DNA of 64,000 nucleotides from a phage: sequence record PQ400056.1, one strand, 5' to 3'. The notes below the pieces were generated by a model. It did no database searches and was not told the origin of the DNA. It saw only the letters and a list, made by a program, of their open reading frames with translations. Positions within the stretch are counted from its first letter, which is position 1. Each line of letters begins with the position of its first letter. A program made the translations under genes and the position numbers. This document shows positions 10,696 through 19,062 of this stretch, in pieces.

Positions 10696-10727
10696 GGGGA
10701 AGCCTTTCGGCCTCCCCTTCTTTTTTA
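10696..10727 (+). terminator. terminator after holin t, between convergent transcription units
   Basis: GGGGAAGCC-TTTC-GGCCTCCCC (one mismatch) followed by TTCTTTTTTATT. Confidence 0.55.
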
Positions 10728-10973
10728 TTGGCGCATAGAAGCCCCTGAATCACATTTTGACGCTGTATGATGAAAACAGGTAGCGTACCAGTCATCGGCT
10801 TGTTTGTCTTCGTCAGAAAACGCGTAATTGCGTTGTATGCCGTTTTCTACTTTGACCAGTGCAATAGCTGTTTCTGGAAGATCAATCAATCGGACAAAAT
10901 CGCCATCTTCCCATTCTACACGAGCAATATCATAACCCATCTCAAAATAAACAATCGCTTGTTCTAATTTCAT
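10725..10973 (-). CDS. hypothetical protein (82 aa)
   Basis: ORF in the coding-dense minus-strand array; start approximate. Confidence 0.45.
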   Translation of the reverse strand: MKLEQAIVYFEMGYDIARVEWEDGDFVRLIDLPETAIALVKVENGIQRNYAFSDEDKQADDWYATCFHHTASKCDSGASMRQ

Positions 10974-11302
10974 TCTGGAAACTTCCCGTAAATGTTCTCT
11001 GCTAACATACGCGCATCGCTAATGATATCTTTCATGCTATGACCGTAGTGTTCAGCCATTGAGTTGACACAATCAACAAAGAAATTATAACGGCGACGGT
11101 TTAAGATTTCTTCTCTGCTATAGTTTTCATATTTGACGGTCGAGTGTGCTTTCTCGATTGCCTTGATTGCTATATTGACTTCATTGATAATGGTTTTAGC
11201 ATTGTATGCGCCACGACGGATCAGGATATTTGTCAATTCTCTTGCAATATCTTGCAATTCTTCATATTCATGTTCAAACATAATCAACCTCTCAAAATAC
11301 AA
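10970..11302 (-). CDS. hypothetical protein (110 aa)
   Basis: ORF with stop-start overlap to neighbours in the minus-strand array. Confidence 0.5.
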   Translation of the reverse strand: MYFERLIMFEHEYEELQDIARELTNILIRRGAYNAKTIINEVNIAIKAIEKAHSTVKYENYSREEILNRRRYNFFVDCVNSMAEHYGHSMKDIISDARMLAENIYGKFPE

Positions 11303-11305
11303 TCC

Positions 11306-11638
11306 TTACAGATGAAAACCTGTTACGATCACCGCATCGATCTTACCGCTAGGAATAAACGGTTCGCCCTCTTTTATTTCAACTTTGAATTGATGCCATT
11401 TCGCTAATACTTCTTCCGGTACACCCAGCGATTCGGCGTCTGCTTTAGTTTCATCCATAATCCAACTAGGCTGCATGAGAGCATAGTTTACATAGTCCAT
11501 TTCTGGGGTCATGTCATCAATGTTAATATATTTGCAGTTGACGCGTTTCAGAATTTCAAATTCTTTATTGTCAACCTGTACCATGTATAATTCAGTAGTT
11601 TCTGGAATCAGTTCCCACACAATCAGTACATTTTTCAT
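11306..11638 (-). CDS. hypothetical protein (110 aa)
   Basis: tightly packed minus-strand ORF. Confidence 0.5.
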   Translation of the reverse strand: MKNVLIVWELIPETTELYMVQVDNKEFEILKRVNCKYINIDDMTPEMDYVNYALMQPSWIMDETKADAESLGVPEEVLAKWHQFKVEIKEGEPFIPSGKIDAVIVTGFHL

Positions 11639-11646
11639 AGTTCACC

Positions 11647-12015
11647 TCACTTAACAAAGATTTTCTTTAATGCTTTCAAGATCGTTGCTTCCGGCGCTTC
11701 TTCCGGTGGAGGAAGCAATTCTACCACTTCCTCTTCCAACTCGATATAGTCTACCAGATATTCTACATAGAATGCAAGTGCTTCCATGAAATTAGATGCT
11801 ACATCCGATTCGCCACACGCGCCCACATGCATTGTATAAACATCACTGCGATCAAGTTTGTGGATGCTTCCCAGATAGTTCCGGTTATACCAGACTTCCC
11901 ACACTTTCAGCTTTCCGGTTTTGGTTGCTGTTTTATAATCGGTTTCGTAATGATGCAATTGACGTTGCAAATCATTGATAATAACACATTTTTCGTAATT
12001 GTTTTGAATTTCCAT
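11647..12015 (-). CDS. hypothetical protein (122 aa)
   Basis: tightly packed minus-strand ORF. Confidence 0.5.
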   Translation of the reverse strand: MEIQNNYEKCVIINDLQRQLHHYETDYKTATKTGKLKVWEVWYNRNYLGSIHKLDRSDVYTMHVGACGESDVASNFMEALAFYVEYLVDYIELEEEVVELLPPPEEAPEATILKALKKIFVK

Positions 12016-12025
12016 GATGTAATCC

Positions 12026-12217
12026 TCACTTATCGTTAAGAAGTTCTAAAACTTTCTGTCGTACTTTGTCAATATTAGTTGATTCAAAAACTGTACGGTA
12101 TCCCCAGCTTTGACCGTATGAGCGGTTGCAATCTCCATATCCCCATTGTTCAACCTGATAGTATTCAAGGAATGGATGCTGCCGAACTATGATACCATCG
12201 CGATTAAAAATTACCAT
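12026..12217 (-). CDS. hypothetical protein (63 aa)
   Basis: ATG at 12217 with GAGG SD. Confidence 0.45.
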   Translation of the reverse strand: MVIFNRDGIIVRQHPFLEYYQVEQWGYGDCNRSYGQSWGYRTVFESTNIDKVRQKVLELLNDK

Positions 12218-12240
12218 AATATAATCCTCACGTCAACAAC

Positions 12241-12528
12241 TTATTTTCGGTTGTGGTCACGATATGTTTTAAAATATCCCTCGTACCACGGTAAAACATC
12301 TGGATTTTTACCACTATACAGACCTTTAACCATCATGTCAATAAGGCCATCTGGTGTTTGATAGTTTCCAGCTTTTATAAGCTCTCTGATTAAAATCTCT
12401 CTGTATATGTCTTTCGGATCTTCGTAATCAACTTGTATTGTGGTTGTGGTCTCATTCAATTTGGTTTCTGGAGTATCTCGCATTGCATCCCACCAATCTT
12501 TTGTGACCTTCATGTTATTGAATTGCAT
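12241..12528 (-). CDS. hypothetical protein (95 aa)
   Basis: minus-strand ORF. Confidence 0.45.
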   Translation of the reverse strand: MQFNNMKVTKDWWDAMRDTPETKLNETTTTIQVDYEDPKDIYREILIRELIKAGNYQTPDGLIDMMVKGLYSGKNPDVLPWYEGYFKTYRDHNRK

Positions 12529-12539
12529 AATTTAACCTC

Positions 12540-13298
12540 TTACTTGCAAACGTATTGATCTACATCAATTGCGCCACCGAATGTGGGATGACGTTTTTCA
12601 AATCGAATAGTTCCGTCGTTTGGTTCGAAAACGGAGTATTCATATAGATCTTTCTTGCCAACATTCTTATAAAACCCGCCTTTCGTCATAACGGTTTCTT
12701 GTACGTTTGCTTTGTGTACGTTGTATTCATCAATGTATACAAAATCAACCATCTTCCCATTTTTAATGGTTACTTTAAGATCCCCTGGCTGGTTTCCATA
12801 TTTTGCATACAGTGGAGCCTCTTTAATTTTTGTGGAAATTCCATCTTTCATACTCCACTCATAACGAACGGTGCATTGATAGGTAAAAGTTTCGACCTTC
12901 GGTTCTTCTACCACTTTTGCTTCCTGTTTCGGTTGTTCTTCTTCAACCTTCGCAGAAGTCTCTGAATCGCTTTCTGACGCGGTTTCTTCTTTAGGTAATA
13001 CATTCATCAAGTTTTGGATTTGAGCGTTATATACAGCCTCCAGTGGCTGAATCTGCCCGATATTGATCATTGTATCACGAACAGTTTTATTCCAGTTTCG
13101 TTGCTCTTGTTTCAGAGACGGATCAATCTTAACAGCCTTAACATACACCTCATGAAGTTTAGAGTCCAGTGCGGAGATAGACTCATTAGCACAAATAAAC
13201 TTCTCTGATTTGGTAGTAGCTTTAGCGCAATCAAAGGACGCAGCGTTAGCACCGAAAGCAGTAGCAGAAAGAACGATAGCAGCGATAATGTTTTTCAT
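12540..13298 (-). CDS. secreted protein with DUF1311/LprI-like N-terminal domain
   Basis: 252 aa; signal peptide MKNIIAAIVLSATAFGANA; ASFDCAKATTKSEKFICANESISALDSKLHEVY resembles the two-cysteine DUF1311 motif; E/K-rich linker then a C-terminal domain; ATG 13298 with GAGGA SD. Confidence 0.6.
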   Translation of the reverse strand: MKNIIAAIVLSATAFGANAASFDCAKATTKSEKFICANESISALDSKLHEVYVKAVKIDPSLKQEQRNWNKTVRDTMINIGQIQPLEAVYNAQIQNLMNVLPKEETASESDSETSAKVEEEQPKQEAKVVEEPKVETFTYQCTVRYEWSMKDGISTKIKEAPLYAKYGNQPGDLKVTIKNGKMVDFVYIDEYNVHKANVQETVMTKGGFYKNVGKKDLYEYSVFEPNDGTIRFEKRHPTFGGAIDVDQYVCK

Positions 13299-13332
13299 AA
13301 TATATTCCTCAGTGTTTTGTCTTGATGGGAGT

Positions 13333-13362
13333 ATCTTACTACTCCCTTAATCCGGTGTCAAC
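13333..13362 (-). promoter_or_regulatory. early promoter cassette copy: GTTGAC, 18 nt, TAAGAT, with conserved leader
   Basis: minus-strand GTTGAC (13362-13357) and TAAGAT (13338-13333); overlaps stem-loop GGGAGTA / TACTCCC (13327-13346); leader ACTCCCATCAAG ... GAGGA before ATG 13298. Confidence 0.5.
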
Positions 13363-13372
13363 TACTTTTAAA

Positions 13373-13693
13373 TTATTTTCGCCATTCACCGGAAACAATA
13401 AAGTTTGTAAAGTGATCGTGGTCCATGATAACGTCATTAAGTACCATATGTGGATACACTTTAGTGATAATTTTACTAAGTACCATATGCGGATATGCTT
13501 TAGTGTAATCACGTTTACGATCAGTCATCCAGCCAACGAAAGTTGGTGCAAAGTACGGTACACCGTCAGACGATGCCATATTAAACCCTTTATCAACCAT
13601 AAATGCAGCCGCCCTAAGATTTTTAATTGAAGTAGTGCGACTAATTTCAAAAACTTTATCGGTAAAATTCATTTTAAGCCCCCGCTCGTGCAT
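13373..13693 (-). CDS. hypothetical protein (106 aa)
   Basis: minus-strand ORF. Confidence 0.45.
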   Translation of the reverse strand: MHERGLKMNFTDKVFEISRTTSIKNLRAAAFMVDKGFNMASSDGVPYFAPTFVGWMTDRKRDYTKAYPHMVLSKIITKVYPHMVLNDVIMDHDHFTNFIVSGEWRK

Positions 13694-13883
13694 TAATACG
13701 CATTTTCTGTATAGCCATGATCTGGTTTACTGCTTCTTCTTTACGTTCTTGCGTGATAATGTGACCAGATTCCGCAAACTCTCCAGCAACTTCTTCTACG
13801 ATCTCGCGAACTTGAGAACGTCCAAAGATGCGGTTTCCTTCGTAGCTCATAAACTCTGTTACTACTTGCTCGATAGATTTCAT
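13674..13883 (-). CDS. hypothetical protein (69 aa)
   Basis: ATG 13883 preceded by conserved leader AAAGGAGAATCAC. Confidence 0.5.
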   Translation of the reverse strand: MKSIEQVVTEFMSYEGNRIFGRSQVREIVEEVAGEFAESGHIITQERKEEAVNQIMAIQKMRINARAGA

Positions 13884-13912
13884 GTGATTCTCCTTTCGTT
13901 TGGTATGGGAGT

Positions 13913-13942
13913 ATGTTACTACTCCCTTATCTTTACGTCAAC
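13913..13942 (-). promoter_or_regulatory. early promoter cassette copy: GTTGAC, 18 nt, TAACAT
   Basis: minus-strand GTTGAC (13942-13937), TAACAT (13918-13913); stem-loop GGGAGTA / TACTCCC 13907-13926; leader ACTCCCATACCAAACGAAAGGAGAATCAC then ATG 13883. Confidence 0.5.
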
Positions 13943-13948
13943 TAGTTT

Positions 13949-14191
13949 TTAGAAATTTTTCGCTTCTTCTTCGGTCATCATAACCGCGCATTCGTGCATA
14001 ACTTTGAAAACCGGATCAATCATGTCGAATGCTTCGCGGGACAGTTTACGAGAAGCGATTTTGATTGCTTCTACGTCTTCTACTACAGGAACAAAAACAG
14101 TTTTCAGTTCGTCGAGGACGGCAGCTTCTTTTTCATTCAGGAAGATCCCAGCGTCGTACAGTGCAACTTCGATAACATTAACTTTAACCAT
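13949..14191 (-). CDS. hypothetical protein (80 aa)
   Basis: track ORF 13949-14254 starts at TTG inside the promoter; first ATG with GGAGGA SD is at 14191. Confidence 0.5.
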   Translation of the reverse strand: MVKVNVIEVALYDAGIFLNEKEAAVLDELKTVFVPVVEDVEAIKIASRKLSREAFDMIDPVFKVMHECAVMMTEEEAKNF

Positions 14192-14225
14192 TTTTATTTC
14201 CTCCAGTTCGTTTCGGTATGGGAGT

Positions 14226-14255
14226 ATAATACTACCGATGACCTTTGGCGTCAAC
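14226..14255 (-). promoter_or_regulatory. early promoter cassette copy: GTTGAC, 18 nt, TATTAT
   Basis: minus-strand GTTGAC (14255-14250), TATTAT (14231-14226); leader ACTCCCATACCGAAACGAACTGGAGGAAATAAAA then ATG 14191. Confidence 0.5.
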
Positions 14256-14455
14256 TAGTTTTTTGTTATTTTCGTGAAATTTTTCGTCGCCTCATGTGCT
14301 TTTCGCTGGGCTTCTTGTTGTGCTTGCTGGCGTGCTGCCTCTTGCGATGTCATAACAGACGCATTTGCAGCAGTTACAGCCGCGACCATCGCTGCGGTAT
14401 TAGCATTTACCGTACATGCACTAGCCAGCAAAGCAATCGCAATCATTTTCTTCAT
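14255..14455 (-). CDS. small secreted protein (66 aa)
   Basis: N-terminal signal peptide MKKMIAIALLASACTVNA; A/Q-rich mature part. Confidence 0.5.
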   Translation of the reverse strand: MKKMIAIALLASACTVNANTAAMVAAVTAANASVMTSQEAARQQAQQEAQRKAHEATKNFTKITKN

Positions 14456-14691
14456 AGTTTCCCCTTTAGGTTATCTTCGACCTTCACCCATTCCGCGTAT
14501 TCTTGCGCGGCTACTTTCGGATTTAAGCCGTCTTCGTACATTGCTTCAAGTAATTCTTCGTCGGTGGGCTTATACCCTAGATAAGCCTCCACCTGATTTT
14601 TCCAAATTTTATACCAGTTCATATTATCACCAATCAAGAGCGCGTGTCTCTGCGTCTTCCCATGCTTGATCCATAACAGCCTTGAAAACAT
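14452..14691 (-). CDS. hypothetical protein (79 aa)
   Basis: minus-strand ORF with ATGA-type overlap to the downstream gene. Confidence 0.45.
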   Translation of the reverse strand: MFSRLLWIKHGKTQRHALLIGDNMNWYKIWKNQVEAYLGYKPTDEELLEAMYEDGLNPKVAAQEYAEWVKVEDNLKGKL

Positions 14692-14899
14692 ATTCTAGAG
14701 TATCATCTTTAGAGAATCCGAAGACCTTAGACGGAATATCTTCAATTGCTACTCCCGCAACTTCTGCATTACGCGCTTGGCAATAATGCAACTCTAAGTT
14801 ATCGAGATAGCGACCGCCTAATTTCTCCATATCATCCCAGCATTTCCAGTAACCTACTTTATCTGCAATTGCCAACACTTTGCTGTTTTCGTTGTTCAT
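14627..14899 (-). CDS. hypothetical protein (90 aa)
   Basis: track ORF starts at 14962 inside the promoter; first ATG with AGGAG SD is at 14899. Confidence 0.45.
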   Translation of the reverse strand: MNNENSKVLAIADKVGYWKCWDDMEKLGGRYLDNLELHYCQARNAEVAGVAIEDIPSKVFGFSKDDTLEYVFKAVMDQAWEDAETRALDW

Positions 14900-14930
14900 C
14901 TTTGATTCTCCTTTTGTTTGGTATGGGTGT

Positions 14931-14960
14931 ATTATGCAATGTTGGATTCTGTAAGTCAAC
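14931..14960 (-). promoter_or_regulatory. early promoter cassette copy: GTTGAC, 18 nt, CATAAT
   Basis: minus-strand GTTGAC (14960-14955), CATAAT (14936-14931); leader ACACCCATACCAAACAAAAGGAGAATCAAAG then ATG 14899. Confidence 0.5.
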
Positions 14961-14970
14961 AACTTTTTAA

Positions 14971-15000
14971 AATAAAAAAGCCGACCACAAGGATCGGCTT
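14971..15000 (-). terminator. rho-independent terminator (minus strand)
   Basis: minus-strand AAGCCGATCC-TTGT-GGTCGGCTT followed by TTTTTATTTT; lies just downstream of the 15010-15405 gene. Confidence 0.6.
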
Positions 15001-15009
15001 AATAATCAG

Positions 15010-15405
15010 TTACTTACTAAATTTCTTTTTGGCTTCGTCTACTGCATGAGATGCCAGCACCGCTGCCGCATGTGCACTTTTATCTGTGTTGCAGAGAACA
15101 CCCAGATAAACATCACGCCAAAGTTTAATCATCTCGTAGATCATATCAATATCATTTTCTTGTTTGTTGGCGATGCTATTCGTCGTTATCTGGTAAGGCA
15201 ACGGCTTGATCTGTACTGGTTCAGCCATCGGGCTAATCGGTTTCGGATCAGTCATAATAGGTGCTGTTGTTGGTGGTGTTTTCCATACACCATTATTCCA
15301 CGGTTTAATCGTTGTGTCGTAAAGTTTATAAGGATTTTTGTCTGGGTCAACCATCCATGCATGATGAGTACCCAAACCATTTGAAGTGATGCGTCGTTCA
15401 GTCAT
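15010..15405 (-). CDS. hypothetical protein (131 aa)
   Basis: minus-strand ORF followed by a terminator. Confidence 0.5.
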   Translation of the reverse strand: MTERRITSNGLGTHHAWMVDPDKNPYKLYDTTIKPWNNGVWKTPPTTAPIMTDPKPISPMAEPVQIKPLPYQITTNSIANKQENDIDMIYEMIKLWRDVYLGVLCNTDKSAHAAAVLASHAVDEAKKKFSK

Positions 15406-15408
15406 AAT

Positions 15409-15612
15409 TTATTTCCTCTCTGAAAATTCTTTCATCAAGCTGTCGATCTTTGCTCTGTGTTCTGGTGTGTTTGTCATCTCTGCTAATTTGCTCAGAGATT
15501 CAATAGTGATCCGGTTGGCTTCTTCCATAGTCTCAACGACCATTGGCACAATCTTTTTATTGTTGTACACAAATGCAATATAACCGCCTTCTGGATATTC
15601 TTTCATAATCAA
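15409..15612 (-). CDS. hypothetical protein (67 aa)
   Basis: minus-strand ORF immediately downstream of gene 52. Confidence 0.45.
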   Translation of the reverse strand: MIMKEYPEGGYIAFVYNNKKIVPMVVETMEEANRITIESLSKLAEMTNTPEHRAKIDSLMKEFSERK

Positions 15613-16955
15613 CCCTTCTTAAGTTCTTTAAGATCTTTCTTATATTCCTTCATTGCGGTCGTCTTTGTCCAATACTCATATTCACTATGATGTTTATCGG
15701 CATCTTTGACCAGTCGATCATACTCTTCTTGAGTAACGCTATACAATGGCATAGAAACTAGCTTATCGGCGTATGGACGCAGTTTTTCATGTCCATTGAT
15801 GGATTGCATTACCTCGGCCTTTTTCTTGCCCTGTAGCTCGATTTCGCCCTTAATTACGCGGTCGATAAATTCGGCTTTAGCCATTGCATAATTGTATGCT
15901 TCCAGCGTTTCCGCTTGCATCAATTCAATGCGTTTATCGACATACCCTAATCGGATTTCGACGAATCGACGGATCAGATCGCTCGCTTTCTCGAATACTT
16001 CTACTAAACCACGTTCATTAACCACTACGATATTCTGGGCTACTAACTGTGTTAGTTTAAAATCCTTCATGATTTGCTCATGTCGAGCGGATTCATCTTC
16101 GCTTTTGAAATAATCGCGTTTCAGTGTTACTTCAAATCTGAATCCGTCCTTAGAGCAACGGTCATTATACGATACAATCAGATCTTTTTCTTCCAGTGCA
16201 TCCAGTACCGCTACATATTCTTCACGGTCGAACTTATAAGGAACTTCTGATATTGTCAGTTTAGTCTTGCCGTTTAGTTCATATGTACCCTCAAGAATCA
16301 CACCATCGCGATCATCTCGCGGGATAACTTTACCCGTGAATTTCGGGAATTGAACATTAGGTTCTTTATCCAGTTTTCCGGCAAGTGCTAGCTCTGTGCA
16401 TTCAATAAGGCTTTCCAGTGAATGCGGTAAAATGTCAGTTTTATACCCTGAAGCAATACCACTAATACCATTAGCCAATACCATTGGCACAACTGGCAAG
16501 TAGAACGCTGGCGGGATGTGTTCCAGATCTTCGTGCTTAGGTGCGCAATTCATATCTTTATAGATTTTAAAGAAGTTTTCATGCACACGAGCAAAGATAT
16601 AACGTGCCGCTCCTGCTTTCTGGACTAAACGCGATCCGAAGTTACCTTGACCGTCAAGCAGTGGAGTATTATTGCTCCATGTATTCGCCATGAGTGATCC
16701 GGCTTCTACGGCATTAGTTTCGCCGTGGTGATACCCCAACTCAGCGACACCAGATCCAATATCTGCCATCTTACGGAATTTCTTACGGTCGCCTTTACTC
16801 TTTTGCAAAGCACATTCCATAACAAAGCGTTGCACTGGTTTAAGCCCATCCACTAATTGAGGAATCCCGCGTTCCTCGGCAGAATAGATCGCATATTCCT
16901 TAGCTTCATTATGTACAATGCTTTCAAGGCTGCGGTAAGTAACTGATTTATTCAT
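15609..16955 (-). CDS. 52: DNA topoisomerase II medium subunit gp52
   Basis: GyrA-like motifs LVDGLKPVQRF, LLDGQGNFGS, ARYIFARV matching remembered T4 gp52; track start 16970 is GTG, first ATG with SD is 16955. Confidence 0.92.
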   Translation of the reverse strand: MNKSVTYRSLESIVHNEAKEYAIYSAEERGIPQLVDGLKPVQRFVMECALQKSKGDRKKFRKMADIGSGVAELGYHHGETNAVEAGSLMANTWSNNTPLLDGQGNFGSRLVQKAGAARYIFARVHENFFKIYKDMNCAPKHEDLEHIPPAFYLPVVPMVLANGISGIASGYKTDILPHSLESLIECTELALAGKLDKEPNVQFPKFTGKVIPRDDRDGVILEGTYELNGKTKLTISEVPYKFDREEYVAVLDALEEKDLIVSYNDRCSKDGFRFEVTLKRDYFKSEDESARHEQIMKDFKLTQLVAQNIVVVNERGLVEVFEKASDLIRRFVEIRLGYVDKRIELMQAETLEAYNYAMAKAEFIDRVIKGEIELQGKKKAEVMQSINGHEKLRPYADKLVSMPLYSVTQEEYDRLVKDADKHHSEYEYWTKTTAMKEYKKDLKELKKG

Positions 16956-16962
16956 CTTCACC

Positions 16963-17325
16963 TCATACACGCTTACAAATCACATTCTTTACTTTATCAG
17001 ATTTATCAGCCCAATCCAATAGCCATTTTAACGGAAGGATTGACACAATAAACGGGGCAGCAATCAAAGCAAACATGATACACCTGATAATCAGGAAAAC
17101 GCAAGTGACAAAACTAGCGATAGTGATCCCGACAAAACAAAATACCATAGAAAACAGAGTAATGATATAGAAAGGCCAGAATACCCACTCCCGCATCTTA
17201 ACGCCTTTGTATTCTCTGAATTGCTTAAAATCTACAAACAACTCTCGGATAGACGCGTACAGGACCGAAAAATCATCTTTCATTGCTCTGAATGAGCAAT
17301 CTTCTATTTTAGAATGACCTAGCAT
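16963..17325 (-). CDS. small membrane protein (120 aa)
   Basis: two long hydrophobic segments (FWPFYIITLFSMVFCFVGITIASFVTCVFLIIRCIMFALIAAPFIVSIL). Confidence 0.5.
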   Translation of the reverse strand: MLGHSKIEDCSFRAMKDDFSVLYASIRELFVDFKQFREYKGVKMREWVFWPFYIITLFSMVFCFVGITIASFVTCVFLIIRCIMFALIAAPFIVSILPLKWLLDWADKSDKVKNVICKRV

Positions 17326-17327
17326 TA

Positions 17328-17621
17328 TTAACCGCCTTTAACCATTGATACAGGAATTGTTTTCTGATTTGTGTATAAGTGGCCTACTTCAATTTTTTCT
17401 TGAATCACCACGACGTTACAATATCCACTGTCTTTAAGTTTTCTGATAATGACTCGCTTTTGTTCGTCGGTGATAGGATTGACTGTTCTCACCAATTCAC
17501 CGCAAATAATAGCACCATCTTTACAATTACCAGTAACTTTCATGCTACGACCGTGAACAACAACCACGTCACCGTAAATCACATTTTCGTCGTCGTATTT
17601 GGTAATAACCGTGACCGTCAT
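17328..17621 (-). CDS. hypothetical protein (97 aa)
   Basis: minus-strand ORF preceded by hairpin 17641-17659 and SD. Confidence 0.45.
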   Translation of the reverse strand: MTVTVITKYDDENVIYGDVVVVHGRSMKVTGNCKDGAIICGELVRTVNPITDEQKRVIIRKLKDSGYCNVVVIQEKIEVGHLYTNQKTIPVSMVKGG

Positions 17622-17666
17622 AATATATTCCCTCTAAGAAAGGCCGCGCAAAGCGGCCTATGTTGA

Positions 17667-17993
17667 TTATTGTTCTACAGTATAACCGTTGTTTTCAAGC
17701 CATGCAATAACAATCTTTTCGCCAATTTCATCGAGCATTTCATCAGAGCCATATTCTTTGATGAAAGTCGATGGATCATTATTGCTTACTACGTGCTGGA
17801 TCACAACATGTTCAGGAATTGCGTCTAGTAGTTCGCTATGATCATACTCATTAACGATATCTTCAACACTAACATTATTAACCAAATCAACATCATCCAT
17901 AGTCACAGTAACGCGACCGGACGGACGCAATGAATATTGGCTACTTTCAACTTCAACATGTGCACTTTCGCAAGTAACTTTCATATCAACCAT
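17667..17993 (-). CDS. hypothetical acidic protein (108 aa)
   Basis: minus-strand ORF. Confidence 0.45.
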   Translation of the reverse strand: MVDMKVTCESAHVEVESSQYSLRPSGRVTVTMDDVDLVNNVSVEDIVNEYDHSELLDAIPEHVVIQHVVSNNDPSTFIKEYGSDEMLDEIGEKIVIAWLENNGYTVEQ

Positions 17994-18007
17994 AATTAAT
18001 TCCTCTG

Positions 18008-19009
18008 TTAGTAATGGCTAAAACCTTCGGTTACATCTTCAACCACATAGTAACGATGACAGCGCATTTTGGCATTCGCATAATCTTTCGGGATACTTAC
18101 AACGTGACGCGGATCAACTTTACATTTAATGATTCGGCCTCGTCCACCGCCATAGTGCGGAATATAGTGTTTAGCTGCAACGTGGAGGCCATTAGAGCAA
18201 GTGCGATCATCATCTGGGTCCACGTCTTTACGCTTCATTTTAACCGTGCGACCTGGGCTATTATCAAACGTATGCGTAAAGAAATCTTTATAATCAACAT
18301 CAACACGTTTCCATGCATAGAAACAACCATCTTCCACGATCTCAATGTCGTTGTGCTCTAAGAAGTCAAATAGACGATCTACGGCCTTACGGCTAGGGTT
18401 TTTCTTGCACTTCTCAAAGAAGTTAAGATAGTGCGTATATGGCTTATTCTCTTTAATCGACTCCACAACTCGACGAGTCAGATTATTATCAAGAACAATA
18501 TTATGATAATACACAATACCATTTTCGATACGGAAAGCGCCGTGATAATATACTTCAACCGCTTTCTTAATGTCAATCAGCGTAATAGCTTTGATGAAAT
18601 CATTATGTTTAATCGCTTCCAGTGCTTCCTTAAAGTTAACATGTGATGGATCAGCAGTATAAACAATGTCACCACATGTAATAGTAATAAACTTAGTTGA
18701 GGCTATGGCTACGATTTTTGAGGAAGTAGTTACGGGCTTTTTTGCGCGTTCACCGCCTTTTCCTTTACTGGTTTTACGGCGTGCTTTACGTTTTTCTAGT
18801 GCCTTGCGACCTTCCGCTACTGCGTCTTTCTGAATCAGTAATACACGGGAGGCAGTGCGACGAGATACACCAAATGCTGCCGCAAGTGCTTCGCGGGTAG
18901 TAAACTTACCTTCGCCCCACTGTTTAGCCAGTTTGATTTGTTTCGCAGAATCCAGACATTGAACGTTACGGTCAGAGACGGTGATTTTTGCTTTAGTCAT
19001 AGTATTCAT
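18008..19009 (-). CDS. rIIB: rIIB protein
   Basis: 333 aa; C-terminal two-thirds (SRLFDFL..NDIEI.EDG.FYAWK ... TFDNSPG ... HPRDVVSIP.DY.AKMR ... VVEDVTE) match remembered T4 rIIB; N-terminal HTH-like segment. Confidence 0.9.
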   Translation of the reverse strand: MNTMTKAKITVSDRNVQCLDSAKQIKLAKQWGEGKFTTREALAAAFGVSRRTASRVLLIQKDAVAEGRKALEKRKARRKTSKGKGGERAKKPVTTSSKIVAIASTKFITITCGDIVYTADPSHVNFKEALEAIKHNDFIKAITLIDIKKAVEVYYHGAFRIENGIVYYHNIVLDNNLTRRVVESIKENKPYTHYLNFFEKCKKNPSRKAVDRLFDFLEHNDIEIVEDGCFYAWKRVDVDYKDFFTHTFDNSPGRTVKMKRKDVDPDDDRTCSNGLHVAAKHYIPHYGGGRGRIIKCKVDPRHVVSIPKDYANAKMRCHRYYVVEDVTEGFSHY

Positions 19010-19062
19010 TCCTCTATTAGTTGGGCGACTATTGCCGCCCGATTCACATCATTATACCAGAA

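Noticed and set aside
12232-12237. GTTGAC hexamer 17 nt upstream of the ATG at 12217 as another promoter cassette copy
   Set aside because: Too close to the start codon to be a -35 element for that gene and lacks the conserved leader.
13994-14669. Plus-strand ORFs 13994-14584 (196 aa) and 14274-14669 (131 aa) in the hyperplastic region
   Set aside because: They run antisense to a tightly packed minus-strand array whose genes have SDs, promoters and terminators; low-complexity Cys/Ser-rich translations.
13299-14960. Possible CRISPR array suggested by regularly recurring similar sequence blocks
   Set aside because: The repeats are about 60-bp promoter-leader cassettes separated by protein-coding genes of different lengths, not short direct repeats with uniform spacers; no cas genes.
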